A stretch of DNA of 33,849 nucleotides from Octopus bimaculoides (taxonomy: Eukaryota). The notes beneath the pieces were generated by a model. The model did not search any database. It worked only from the letters and a program-made list of their open reading frames with translations, and was not told where the DNA came from. The stretch is taken from NCBI RefSeq assembly GCF_001194135.2, contig NC_068987.1, positions 87,685,536-87,719,384 on the forward strand, in the 5' to 3' direction. Below, in pieces: positions 10,598-23,014 of this stretch (its first letter is position 1; every line of letters starts with the position of its first letter). Position numbers and translations under genes: made by a program.

Positions 10598-11002
10598 TCT
10601 CTAATTGTAGAGGGAACATGTGGAAGGGACGGACACAAGAAAACATGGGATAAAGTGGTGAGAAAGGATCTCCAGATGCTCGGCCTCACAGAGGAGATGA
10701 CAGGGGACCAACACTCCTGGCAGTTGGGTGTGCTCAGGAAGACACATCAAGCTAAGCAAAAACTTGGTTGCCTGCAACCCACTGCAGCTGGGTGTTCCTA
10801 TTCTTGCAGGTTCATTGGTGCTGGTGCCATGTAAGAAAGCACATGTAGTGATGCCACATAAATGCACCCAGTACACACTGTAAAGGGTCAGGAACCAGCT
10901 GTAGAAACCATGCCAAAACAGACATGAGGCCCTGGGCAGCTTTTCAGCTGGCTGCTCCTGTCAAACCATCCAAGCTTATGCCAGCATGGAAAATGTACAT
11001 TA
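10598..11002 (+). mobile_element. 5'-truncated RTE-clade LINE (ORF C-terminus plus 3' UTR)
   Basis: Translates SLIVEGTCGRDGHKKTWDKVVRKDLQMLGLTEEMTGDQHSW, the G.rGRp.ktW..vv..Dl...gl......D...W pattern of RTE ORF ends. Ends atgccagcatggaaaatgtacattaa. Confidence 0.75.
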
Positions 11003-11005
11003 AGT

Positions 11006-11210
11006 CCACAGAGGGGACAAACAAGGACAGACAAAGGGATTAAGTCGATTACATCAACCCCAGTTCGTAACTGGTACTTAATTTATCGACCCTGAAAGGA
11101 TGAAAAGCAAAGTTGACCTCGGCGGAATTTGAACTCAGAACATAACGGCAGACGAAATACCGCTAAGCTTTTCACCCGGCATGCTAACGTTTCTGCCAGC
11201 TCGACGCCTT
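11006..11210 (-). mobile_element. SINE family B, full length
   Basis: Reverse complement matches 33633-33849, with B-box-like gagttcaaattcc and core aggtcaactttgc...tcatcctttcagggtcgataaattaagtaccag. Confidence 0.9.
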
Positions 11211-12138
11211 CTACCAGTTTGTCTACCAAATCCACTGACAGAGCTTTGGTCAGCCAGGGTCATAGTACAAGACATTTGCTCAAGGTGCCACACGGTGGGA
11301 CTGAACCCAAGACCACATAGTTAGGAAGAAAGCTTTTCAACCACGCAGACACACCTGTGTCTAACAATGCCTGCTTCTTTTTTTTTCTTTTTCCTCAACG
11401 CCAAACACAAACACAGACTTCAAATATTTTAACAAAAATAAAAGGTCATGACCAGAGAATGTAGATTTCATTCCACAACAAAAGTGCAGTAATCCGCCTC
11501 AAAGGCAACCAATGGGAACGATTTAAAATGATGCAACACTGTGCTCGTTGTAGGTTTCTATTTATTTATATTATTTTTCTCTGAATACAAAAGATCAAAA
11601 GCTTCATAGAAAAACAATAATCTCAAGCCATGGCATGAATTTTGCCATTTGATATTTGGTTGCAGATTTCAGCAGGTAGGAAAGGAAATAAGTTAAACAT
11701 GAAACACTCTAAATTTGTTTATAGTGCGTTGGTGGAAACCCGAGTAGCCAGAGTCTTTTTTAAAGCTATCCACCACTTGCGAATACATTACAAGTACTGT
11801 ATAGAAAAATAGAATACAACGCAGTAAATACATCAGTTCAACTTGACAAGGAATTTCTATTTTTCTTTTTTTAAATAAATACTGTAAACAAATGTCTGAA
11901 GGAAAGTAATCCTCCACAATCTCAAATAACCTCCACTCAATCTTTGTTAGGAAACACCCAGTTGTAAGCTTCGAAGCAAGAAAAAAAACATTCAATACAG
12001 AACAAAGCTGTCCATGAGGAATTTTTATATAACTTCCATTGTTCTCTGTTGTTGAATTGTGGAAGAAAACAGGTGTTTCGTTCTCACATAAATTTTTAAG
12101 AAATTGTTATGAATATCTGTCAGTATTGAATATCAGAT

Positions 12139-12501
12139 GGAGTGGCTGCGTGGTTAAGAAGCTGGTTTCCCAACCACACGGTTTCAGGTTCAGTCCCACT
12201 GCATGGCACCTGGGGCAAGTGTCTTCTACTATAGCCCCAAGCTGACCAAAGCTTTGCGAGTGAATTTGGAAACTGAAAGAAGCCTGTATGTATGTGTATG
12301 TGTGTGTGCTTGCGTGTATGTGTGCATGCATGTATGTGTGCATGTATGTGTGCATGTATGCATAGGTGCATATGCAATGCATACATGCACATGTGTGTGA
12401 ATGTGCATGAGTGTGTGCATGTATATGTGCATTGTGTGTGCATATATGTACATGTATATGTGCATGTGTGTACGTGCATGCATGTGTGTGCATGTGTACA
12501 C
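12139..12501 (+). mobile_element. SINE A 5' half followed by a ~215-bp alternating purine/pyrimidine microsatellite
   Basis: ggagtggctgcgtggttaagaagc...gaaactgaaagaagcc, then tgtatg/tgcatg/tgtgtg repeats from about 12286. Confidence 0.9.
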
Positions 12502-13214
12502 AAAACTTCATTATAAAATATGAAACAAGAACAAATACATAATTTCTCTCTGGTTTTACTTTATCAAGATGGAATACACCAACTGTCTCGTCAACTCTTA
12601 TGAAACGAGTCATTATCCTATAAAACTTAAATGAACCATCTATGTATCATACTTAATGTATATACACCGTTGATAGGCCAGTTACTAGACTATTTGTTCT
12701 GAGATAACATCTCTTATGGTACCACATATAGAACACCCGCACTGTAGAGCTCCTGCACTCTTGCCACATGTAGAGTGCCCATGCTGTGGCCACATCCAAA
12801 AAGAGCAGTGGCGACAGAGCTTATAACTTAAGCAATTTGTTGTCCTCAATTTCAAACACTGAAGTTATTCTTTACAGACTAAATACTATGAAACAAGACT
12901 AGACCTAGACATTTTCAGCTGCCAAAATGGAAATTGTTTCTGAAATTGTAGAATCTAATACTAACATGTGCAGTAATCGTCAAGTGGTCTGCATATTGCA
13001 ATTCCATTTAATACGAAGCAGTATTCTGAAATATGTTTCCTCTTTAAAGTACAAAGCATTTTAACCTTTTTCTTCTTTTTCTAAAATTGAGAGTGGTATA
13101 ATAAATAGATTCCTATTTCCATAAATTAAAAAGTAACGTATTAAAGACAAACAGCTCAGGTACGAAATGGATTTATCTATAGTGGAGGGGTTCAAAGTAA
13201 ATTGCGGTAAATAT

Positions 13215-13430
13215 TGAATTCAAATTTTGGCACAAGGCCAGCAATTTTGGGGGACAGGGTGAGTCGATTACATCAACCCCAGTGCTCAACTGGTATTTAT
13301 TTTATCGATCACAAAAGGATGAAAGACAAAAGCTGACTGACCTCAGCTGAATTTGAACTCAGAACACAAAGATGGACAAAATAGTTATTAGCATTTTGCT
13401 TGGCATGTTAATGATTCTACCAGCTTAATT
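13215..13430 (-). mobile_element. SINE family B
   Basis: tcaaattttggcacaaggccagcaatt...gtcgattacatcaaccccagtgctcaactggta...gaatttgaactcagaac. Confidence 0.85.
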
Positions 13431-13542
13431 GCTATTAACTAGTCCTATAAGTTCGCAGCTAATCATGAAATGGTTGTTGCTGTTTAACTTCAGGTCAGCC
13501 TTAGTTGAGGAGGGCTATAATCAAAAGTGTTCAAGCCATATA

Positions 13543-13932
13543 GGTGCAGGAGTGGCTGTGTGGTAAGTAGCTTGCTTACCAACCACACGGTTCCGGGTTC
13601 AGTCCCACTGTGTGGCACCTTAGGCAAATGTCTTCTACTATAGCCTTGGGCTGACCAGAGCCTTGTGAGTGGATTTGGTAGACGGAAACTGAAAGAAGCC
13701 CATCATATATATATGTATGTATGTATATGTGTGTGTGTGCTTGTGCCCCCAAAATTGCTTGACAACCGATTCTGGTGTGTTTACATCCCTGTAACTTAGC
13801 AATTCGGCAAAAAGAGACCGATAGAATAAGCACTAGGCTTACAAAGATTAAGTCCTGGGGGCCATTTGCTCAACTAAAAGGCAGTGCTCCAGCATGGTCG
13901 CAGTCAAATGACTGAAACAAGAATAAAAGAAT
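13543..13932 (+). mobile_element. SINE family A, full length, little diverged
   Basis: Head ggtgcaggagtggctgtgtggtaag (A-box-like) and gggttcagtccc (B-box-like), central (ta/tg)n, tail gcagtcaaatgactgaaacaagaataaaaga. Confidence 0.93.
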
Positions 13933-14084
13933 GACCATTTTGCGCTTTTCCTCAAGAATAAGGCCTCAGCACCCAATATGTTCTTTGTATTGTAAGGTAC
14001 AATTTGAGGGAGAATCACACAGGGGCTCCCTCACAAGTTTTTAAAATCTAATCATCACAATGGGAAGTTGATCCCCTATCTTTT

Positions 14085-14437
14085 TTATCTTTTATTTGTT
14101 TCTGTCATTGGATTGCAGTCATGCTGGAGCACCACCACCCCCACTACTTAATTCTTTTTTAAGTCTGGTACATATTCTAGCAGCCTCTTTAGCTGAAACA
14201 ACAAATTACAAGGGCATAACCAAACCAACACCAGTTATCAAGTGGTGTAGTGACAAACACAAAGACACATGCATATGATAGACTTCCACAGTTTCCATCT
14301 ACCTCTTTCGCTCACAAGATATTGGTCAGCCTGCTGCTACAAATAGAACACACTTGTCCAACATGCAGCACAATTGGATTGAACCCCAAAACCAGTAGCT
14401 GCAAAGCAAGCTTCTTAACCACACAGCCATGCCTGTG
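14085..14437 (-). mobile_element. SINE family A, diverged
   Basis: ttgtttctgtcattggattgcagtcatgctggagcacc ... cttcttaaccacacagccatgcctgtgc. Confidence 0.8.
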
Positions 14438-14941
14438 CTTAAGCAAGACTGAATCTCCTATGGTCAGTCGGTCAAATTGCCGAAAGAAAATATGAAAACC
14501 AAGTCACTTCTGGTGGGATTTGAACTTAAATATCATCTGATTAAATCATTTGCCTCCTACGTATCATCTTCAGTTTTCATAGAAATGATTGCAATATTAA
14601 AAATTAAAAATAAATAACAAAAATTGCTGCTGCAAGTTACTTCCTAAGAAATATTTCAAGACAAAATTTATTTATTTTCTATAATTAACTAATATAGTTG
14701 AAGATATGCATCAAATAACATCTTTTCACACAGTCTGAGTCAAAAACTGTATCTCACAACCCAATGAGGGTGTCTCGAGCTTCTAGAAATAGTACCAAAA
14801 TATCCTCAAATGACACCATACTATCTTGAAAAAGAAAAAAAGAAGGCCAGATTGGATAATGTAATCCTGGATGCCATGTCTTAAAGACTGGGCAAGGCTG
14901 GAATGCTTCTGATTGTCTCTTTTACTCTTGTTTCATGTTAA

Positions 14942-15117
14942 TTTTTTACTTGTTTCAGTCATTTGACTGTGGCCATGCTGGAGCACTGCCTTTAGTCGAG
15001 CAAATCGACGCCAGGACTTATTTTTTATAAGCCTAGTACTTATTCTAGGTTACAGGGACGTAAACACACTAGCATCGATTGTCAAGCGATGGTGGGGGGA
15101 CAAACACAGACATACAA

Positions 15118-15160
<43 letters not shown>

Positions 15161-15331
15161 CAGATATACGACAGGCTTCTTTCAGTTTCCATCTTCCAAA
15201 TCTACTCACAAGGCTTTGGTTGGCCCGAGGCTATAGTAGAAGACACTTGCTGAAGGTGCCACGCAGTGGGACTGAACCCGGAACCATGTGGTTGTTAAGC
15301 AAGCTACTTACCACACAGCCACTCCTACGCC
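14942..15331 (-). mobile_element. SINE family A, full length
   Basis: Reverse complement of 13543-13932 over almost its whole length; ends cacacagccactcctacgcc. Confidence 0.93.
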
Positions 15332-15901
15332 TATGTCTCTTTTTTTTTTTATTTATCAGAAGTGGTCTACAGTTATATATAACTAAGTAATCCTAAACTA
15401 ATTTTGGATAATCTTTCAACTTTGTGTCTATATTCCACTACCAGCTCACACTTGTCCATAAATCCATACAACTATACGGCCCCTTTACACACACACACAC
15501 ACACACACACACAGATACGCACACGCACACACACACACGTGCGCGCATGGAAGCCAGTATTTTACATTCAAGCTTTCCCTCAAAGACACTCAAATACATC
15601 AGCCAGACATGTATCCCTCAAATTATACTCTGTCTTAAAAAGCAAGGGACACATTGGACAATATAGTCCTAGATACATAATGCACCAGAGAAAAACAGAA
15701 TGATTGAGGTTGGAACACTTCTGACCATTTGTCTGCCCATTCAGGTATCCTGGAACCAAAACAACAACAAACATATTCAATTTATCATCACATTGCTAAT
15801 CTGCTAATCTTTATCTCATGATATGTAATCTACATTAAGACTAGATGACACTAAATTAAGTGAAACAGTTCTGTCCATAAATTTAGATAATTCAGAAAAT
15901 T

Positions 15902-16113
15902 AGTTTCAAATTTTAGCACAAGGCCAGCAATCTCAAGGGACAGAGTAAGTTGATTACATTGACTCCAGTGTGTAACTGGTACTTATTTTATCGACCTCAA
16001 AAGGATGAAAGGCAAAATTGACCTTGGTAGAATTTGAACTCAGGGTGTAAAGATGGACAAAATACCATTAAACATTTTGCTCAGCGTGCTAATGATTCAG
16101 CCATTTTGCCACC
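15902..16113 (-). mobile_element. SINE family B
   Basis: tttcaaattttagcacaaggccagcaa...aactggtacttattttatcgacctcaaaaggatgaaaggcaaaattgacc. Confidence 0.85.
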
Positions 16114-17004
16114 TTATAATTGCATAAAATACTGGAACAGGAGTGTCAACAATACAAACTTCATGTTTTAATGTGACATAAATCTTAACTGGCATCAAAA
16201 TTTCATGTTCGTTTTTGTTCCAAACACCAGCTTAACGACAAAGTTACTTTACTAAATTCTGTTTTTTCCCAAAAATTAATGGTGAAGCAAAGGTGGCATA
16301 TTTCAACAGAAATATTATTTATAACAAAAGGCTTAAAAGTAGCAGGTCAAATATGACCAGATTAACTACTTATATTTTTCTTAGAGCTCTAATCTAAATT
16401 AAGATAGCATTATTTTTAATTCTCGGCATTACATCAGTTCGTCCGATCACTGACACTTAGATTCAAATATTTATTTTTAAAAGAAATGCATTCTTTCAGG
16501 TGGCATCAACTTCATGAAGATTGTCATTCTCACATTAGTAGGTCAAGACAAAATAAAAAATTAAAAAAAAGGATTTAAACTGAAAAATCTTTCATAGCTA
16601 AACTGAAGACTATATACAATTATTATCAATATTAATTACAGAATAATTTTTCAAAGTGCTGCTAGCATCTTAGTATTCTTAATAACATAATAATTTTGTG
16701 AGCGTTCTAGACATTAAAACATACAACTATTGATTATTATTATCAGATAGGATTAACTGAATACATGACACGTATATATTTAGCATGGCAGTCAGGTAAA
16801 ATTTCTGTTAATATACAGCTTAAATTAAACAACTGTATTCTAAAACGGTGTTCCTAACTGTAACACCCAACAGTTTTTTTTCTTTTTTTAAATTTGTAAA
16901 TAGTTTATAAAGCTAAAACATTAAATTACATTTTAACTGAACTCAGCATATTTTAATTTTATATTTTGTGTCTTAATATCTTTTTATTATGAATCTTTTT
17001 TCAC

Positions 17005-17357
17005 CGGTTTCAGTCATTAGACTGCAGCCATGGGGCATGGCCCTTAATGGGTTCAGTTGAACGAATCAATCCCACAACTTCTTTTTAAGCTTGGTACTTA
17101 TTCTATCAGTTTCTTATGCTGAACTGTGGGGATGTAAACAAACCAGCACCGGTCGCCAAACAGCAGGGTGGACAAATACAAAGATACACAAATAACAGAC
17201 TTCCACACAGTTTCCATCAACCAAATTCACTGACAAAGCATTGATCAGCCAAGGACTATAAAAGATACTTGCCTAATGTGTCATGCAGTGAGACTGAACT
17301 CATAACTACATGGTTGCAAAGCAAGATTCTTAACCACACAGCCATGCTTGCACCTAC
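17005..17357 (-). mobile_element. SINE family A, diverged
   Basis: tttcagtcattagactgcagccatg ... ttcttaaccacacagccatgcttgcacc. Confidence 0.8.
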
Positions 17358-17404
17358 ATGGGGTTCTATTTTATGCATTTATATCTGAAAGACATATCTG
17401 TAAG

Positions 17405-17551
17405 CACTGGTGTAGCTTGGAGGGATGGGGGCAGTAGGAGCAGTCCAGGCAGCACTTTTGGGTCTGCTGTAGGCAATGTGTTTTTTGTGGGATCCGAGGG
17501 TGGCAAACGGAAGGGCCACCCCGGGCAGCACACATTCTAGCTACACTAGTG
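17405..17551. mobile_element. 147-bp hAT-like MITE
   Basis: TIR cactggtgtagcttg / ctagctacactagtg; 8-bp target duplication tctgtaag (17397-17404) / tctgcaag (17552-17559); GC-rich interior. Confidence 0.85.
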
Positions 17552-19003
17552 TCTGCAAGCCTTGTTATGCATTAGCATTGTCACCATTACATTGTTATCT
17601 AAGAAACTCAAAATTAAGAATCTAGTTTTTAATAGAAAAAGTTTCAATGCTGCAATGACAAAAATTGGAATTAAAAAGTTCCATCTTAACTGATAAGGAA
17701 ATCTCATTTAAAATAAATCCTATATACCAATAACACAATTCATGTTTATATGAATCTATATGAATCTAATAAATAATTTGTACTATAGTAATAATTGTTC
17801 AGCCCCTGGTCAGCCTAACTGGACATGCTTTCAATAAAAAGTATTAACACAGTGGTAATGGTTTACATGGAAGCCAACATGGTTCAGAATTTATTCCTAC
17901 TGCAGGGTCTTCTTTGGGTGAGTGCATTTTATAGGTTGAGCAAGTGCAATTTGGTAGATGGAAATGAAAAAGCCCACCATATATGTGCACATATTTGTAT
18001 ATCATCATCATCATCGTTTAACGTCCACTTTCCATGTTAAACGATGATGATATATATATATATATATATATATGAATACACACACATTCACGTGTGTGTG
18101 TGTGTGTGTAAAAATTAATAGCAGTGAAGATGTAAACATTGGCACAAAAATTTAAAAAACCACCAGTCTTTGAACAAAACCTATTATAATATTTGTTCTG
18201 CAGTCAATTGCAGACACTCTCTTGTTACTATCAGTGCCAAATATGCAATAAGTGATTGGCTTATTGGCAATATATAACCAATAACACTATAGTCCACAGC
18301 TTTCAATATAAAATATACGTATTTCAGCCATGAGCAACACATTTTGTCTTTTGTTTCCTTGTTTGTTTTCTCCATATAATGTATCTAGGGCTTTGGATGA
18401 GGTCAGGATAATAAGGTACACTTTGAGGGAAATTTAGCTACTATTTCTAACATCATTCAGTAATCCTTTTATGTACAAAAATAGGGTTGCTAGGTTGACT
18501 GAATGTGTAGCTTGTGATAGTTGTTTTTTTTTTTTTGTTTTGGTTTTTTTAAATCTGTTTTTATTCACTACAAAAGCATTACTGCAATTAAGATTCCCCA
18601 GGTAAAAATCTCATCAAAATTCAAAACTGCTTTTTATTCAACATTTCCAATTCACTTATAAATGTGGATACTCAATGTCTAAATCAAAGGCCTAAAAGAG
18701 TTTCGTTTAAACTAAAAAGAAAAAAGTAACAGTATGAAGGTCAAGGTGTTAACACAAAATAGCAACCCTCGACTGGAAACCATTCTAATACAGTTTAAAC
18801 ATCTGTGAAATAAAAAAACAAAAACGTTGGTTATCATGAACAAGTCAAAATAATTTAACACGGAATTTATTCTAATTTAATCCTTTCTTTTCTCAGTATT
18901 CAGAAACGAAAACTTCAACTGAAACAACTTTGATTTTCTTCACACAAATATTAGTATTTCTCGCGACCTTTAACCCCACGTTTGAATTACTTATACAAAT
19001 TTA

Positions 19004-19399
19004 TCCAAATTAGTACCATTGGCTAATTGAGTTATTTCCCTTAGCAGATTTTATTTAAAACATTTTGTTTTAGATGAACATGTGTACAAGTGTGTGTGTG
19101 AGAGAGAGGGAGAATCCATGTTGACAGAAAGAGAGAGTGAAAAAGAAGCTGGCAGGATTAGACAGACAGACATAGTATCATGCTGCAATATCCAGAGGAG
19201 CTTTAGAAGGCTTAACCTAGATGTCTTGCAAAAATAATGCATTAAAGACAACTGCAATACTACGCTGCATGTTAACTGTGAATAAGATAAAAGTTTGGTA
19301 AGTGAGAAATATGTTTCACAAGTGAAGAGTGTAAGGAAAATGTATCGCATAAAACCAACAAAGGGAAATAACTCAATTAGCCAATAGTACGAATCTGGG
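19004..19399. mobile_element. MITE with ~40-bp TIRs flanked by TA (Tc1/mariner-type target)
   Basis: 19013-19042 gtaccattggctaattgagttatttccctt versus 19361-19390 aagggaaataactcaattagccaatagtac (29/30 complementary), extending imperfectly to TA at 19002-03 and 19400-01. Confidence 0.7.
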
Positions 19400-20103
19400 T
19401 ATGTGATTCAAAGGTGTAGGTGATGTACTGAATGTAATACACTATAAATTCCTAATTAATTCAAATACCCCTTAGCTGGGGAAATTAAACAAAAACCTAG
19501 TGGTAATTTTTAGTGACACTCGGAGGAAAATATCATTTCAAATTATTTTACATGCTTAATAGAAGAAAAGTCTGATCTTTGATCTTTATTTGAATACAAG
19601 GTACAACTATGAGCTTGTTTCAGTCTATTCAACCTCATCGGTATAGAGACGAGAAAGTTTTTAACATATAGAAAAAGAGTTACAAATAATTTTCAGCCAC
19701 CATAATTTGCATAATTAAAAATCTAACAAGCTAAAGGAAATAACTGAAATGGACTAATAGCATAAATATGGATAATTAAGTGTGATGCACTGAAAGTTGC
19801 ATGCAAATTTTTTCTAATTAACAGAAATCTCTCTCTTAGTTAGAGGGAGACAGTAAAACCTAGTGACAATCATTCACAACTTTCAAAGGAATAGGGAGAT
19901 AATTTAGAGAAATTAAAATGGTAATACAGTTTTTTTATCTCATACTTGTTTCAGTCGTCAGACCACGGCCATGCTGGGGCACCGCCCTGACAAATTAGTC
20001 TAACAAATCAACCCCAGTACATTTTTTTTTTCTTCAAGCCATGTGGTTGGGAAGCAAACTTATAAATACACAGCCACATCTGCAAACATTATATATATTT
20101 AAA

Positions 20104-20265
20104 TAGGAGTGGCTGTGTGGTAAGTAGCTGGCTTACCAACCACATGGTTCCCGGTTCAGTCCCACCGCATAGCACCTTGGTTAAGTGTCTTCTACTGTAG
20201 CCTTGGCTCAACCAAAGCCTTGTGAGTGGATTTGGTAGACGGAAATTGAAAGAAGCCCATCGTAT
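20104..20265 (+). mobile_element. SINE family A, 5' half
   Basis: ggagtggctgtgtggtaagtagc...gaaattgaaagaagcccatcg. Confidence 0.9.
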
Positions 20266-20314
20266 GTGTGTTCCTCGAAAGGAACTTTGCCTCTGCAAGG
20301 CCCAAAGCTCAACG

Positions 20315-20530
20315 ATAATAATAATCCTTTCTACTAAAGGCACAAAACCTGAATTTGGGAGTAGGGGACCAGTTGATTACATCGACCCGGTGTTTCTCTC
20401 ATACTTAATTTATTGACCCCAAAAGGATGAAAGGCAAAGTCGACCTCAGTGGAATTTGAACTCAGAACATAAGGATGGATGAAATGCCACAAAGCATTTT
20501 GCCTGGTGTGCTAATGATTCTGCCAGCTCA
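20315..20530 (-). mobile_element. SINE family B with an alternative 3' tail (also about 21220-21420)
   Basis: Family B core; reverse-complement tail ttttgtgcctttagtagaaaggattattatt. Confidence 0.85.
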
Positions 20531-21890
20531 CAATAATAATAATAATAATAATGTGGCACAGGGGGATGACAAAGGAATGATGGGAATGACAGGAAACACA
20601 CATGACGATACACATACATGCCCAATTCCAACACCTTACGATAATGATATGAAAAAGAAACAAAAATTATAATCATGGACTGGTGATGCATTTGAATCGG
20701 AAATAGAAGAATATATTTTGAAACTAGTGAAATAGAATGAACTTGTTTCACAGAGAAATTACAAGAGAGACAGAAGGCATGAAGAATAACTGGCACAAGG
20801 TTTTATTTGATCAAAAACGTTAAAGAGTTCATATCTAAACAGGATATAGACCTCTGAAATAATAAGAAAGATGGCAGAGAAGACATCATGCTGACTTTAG
20901 ATAATGTGAAATGATACAAAATATGAGAAAAATGTCAAGTGATAGGCATAAAAAGAATTTAAAATTTCTTCCCAAGGATTCTATTTATAGCAGTAAATCT
21001 TATTGCCAAGTTAAAAGACTTAACTGCCAGTCTAAAGGTTGCCGGTTCCAGTGCAACGGGATTCAATTCTGAATACTAGTAACAGATTCATCATCGTCAT
21101 CAGTTTTAACATCCACATTTCTATGCTTGCATAGGTCGGAAGGAACTTCTTGAGGTGAATTTTCACAGGACCAGATGCTCTTCTAGTCAACCCTCACCTG
21201 TTTCCAAGCTAAATCCTTTCTACTATAAACACAAAGCCTGAAATTTTGGAGGTGGGGCTAGCCAATTATATCAGCCCCAGTACTCGACTGGTACTTATTT
21301 CATCGACCCCAAAAGAATGAAAGGCAAAATTGACCACAGCGGAATTTGAACTCAGAACATAAAAACAGATGAAAGATGGATGATATACAGCTAAGTATTT
21401 TGTCTGGTTTGCTAACGACTGAAAGCAAACGACCTTTATTTCCAAGTAAAATTATATTTCCCTGTGACCAGACATCTTTCACATAAATAGAAGATTTGAA
21501 TAATAATCTGAATGGAATCCAACCTGTTCTGAGAATCAAGAAGTGAAGAAACAAAGCAATTATTTGATGGAGATTCTCTTCTGAAGATTATTGCTGTTTC
21601 ACCATTATAGGAAAGGTTTTCTACAACTGTAGAAATTTCAGTGTTGTGTCTCAATGGCAACTGACTTGATCTAAAGACCATGGGTTAAGACTGAAACAAT
21701 TACATTGTGGAAGAGCTATTATAGCCATTGAAATATATCTCGAGATGTTTAACGTCATCCAACTGCTACCTGGTCATTGACACTGTTCCACTGCAACTGA
21801 CAAACTAATTACATTGTTATCATGGTTAGGCGATGAAAATATTAACACCTCATGAAATAAATTGAAAGAGAACTCAACAGCTTTAATAGA

Positions 21891-22296
21891 GGCACAGGTA
21901 TGCATAGCTGAGTGGTTAAGAAGCTTGCTTCCCAACCATCTGGTCTTGAGTTCAGTCCCACTACCACCTCAGGACAACTAAAGCCTTGCAAAATGTGTTT
22001 GGTGGAGAGAAACTGAAAGAAGCCGATCACACATAAGCACGTTGTGAGCATGTTGTCTTGACATCATGTGATGGTCGTAAATGAGCATCACCATCATACG
22101 CACAAGGTTGTTTGTTTCCAGCCTTCTGTGAAAAACGTGTGTAACCATGGGGAAATATTACCTTGCTTGGAAACAGGTGAGGGTTGGCAACAGGAAGGGC
22201 ATCTGACTGTTGGAAATCTGCTTCAACAAATTCCATCTGACCCATGCAAGAAAGGAGAAGTGAACATTAGATGATGATGATGATGATGCTGATGAT
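21891..22296 (+). mobile_element. SINE with A head and RTE-type tail ending (gat)n
   Basis: ggcacaggtatgcatagctgagtggttaag ... gacccatgcaagaaaggagaagtgaacattagatgatgatgatg. Confidence 0.8.
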
Positions 22297-22980
22297 TCCT
22301 AGCATTGAGTGTCATTAATTGGTTAGACTAGCTCTTCTATGTTAGAAGTTTAAATTGCATCAATTCTGTACTCGGCCTCATCCAGAAAATATTAACAATC
22401 CTTAATTTATGAATTAAGAAAATATTTTCCCATTAGAAACACTGGACCTTTGTTTTGATGTCAAAGTTTAATAGTTTTTGTTTGCATGGGTTGAGTAGGT
22501 CTGCAAATTATTATATTTAAATCTATGTTTGGTATTTCCCCAATCAATGACATCAGTATGGGTTTTACAATACAATCAGCAGCAATGATAAGATTTCTAA
22601 CTATTATTTAATGAGTTACTAATTTAGTACTCAATCACTAGACAACAGCTGCAATTAATATTTTCTTATATTTACTCCAAACAAATGAACATCACAATAA
22701 ATCAAATAATTAATTACTATAATAATTACAGAGATAAGTTTGGGTTTTTTTTTTTTTTAATATGATGAACAAGTAATTTCTAATTAATGAAATATTTTTA
22801 CAATATTATGACATTTCATTTTAAAGAATATTTTTAAATTTTCTCTTGAGATTTTTTAGTTGTTTTACGTTTTAATTTTTTTTGTTTGTTCCCCCCCCCC
22901 CCCAATCCTTAATGTACAATGAAGAGGTGAAAGACAGATTTTTTTTAAATATGTGAAAGTGTGAAAAAAATTTTACTCAC

Positions 22981-23014
22981 TGGTTTTAAAGCTAATGGCC
23001 GCTGAAATTCCACA
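22981..23014 (-). CDS. Candidate 34-nt exon: VEFQRPLALKP
   Basis: Acceptor taattctattttcag, donor CCA|gtgagt. The phase 2 to 0 frame is open and joins the 44-nt exon. No homology evidence. Confidence 0.55.

Noticed and set aside
11693-11995. 100-aa minus-strand ORF (…MYSQVVDSFKKDSGYSGFHQR…)
   Set aside because: No convincing donor (only AGA|gtgttt) and no recognisable domain.
12107-12613. 168-aa His/Thr/Met-rich ORF and overlapping ORFs
   Set aside because: They are translations of a microsatellite and SINE. The N-terminal RFIRVDETVGVFH resembles mariner RxVTxDETW only faintly.
13543-13620. tRNA-like A/B box sequences at SINE heads
   Set aside because: They are SINE promoters and no complete tRNA cloverleaf is evident.
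17906-17917. Plus-strand 12-nt microexon-like motif (ctgcag|…TGG|gtgagt)
   Set aside because: It lies in a decayed SINE and on the wrong strand for the host gene.
21436-21681. 81-aa minus-strand ORF that looks coding
   Set aside because: The acceptor frames carry stops, the donor AG|gttgga is mediocre, and there is no homology.
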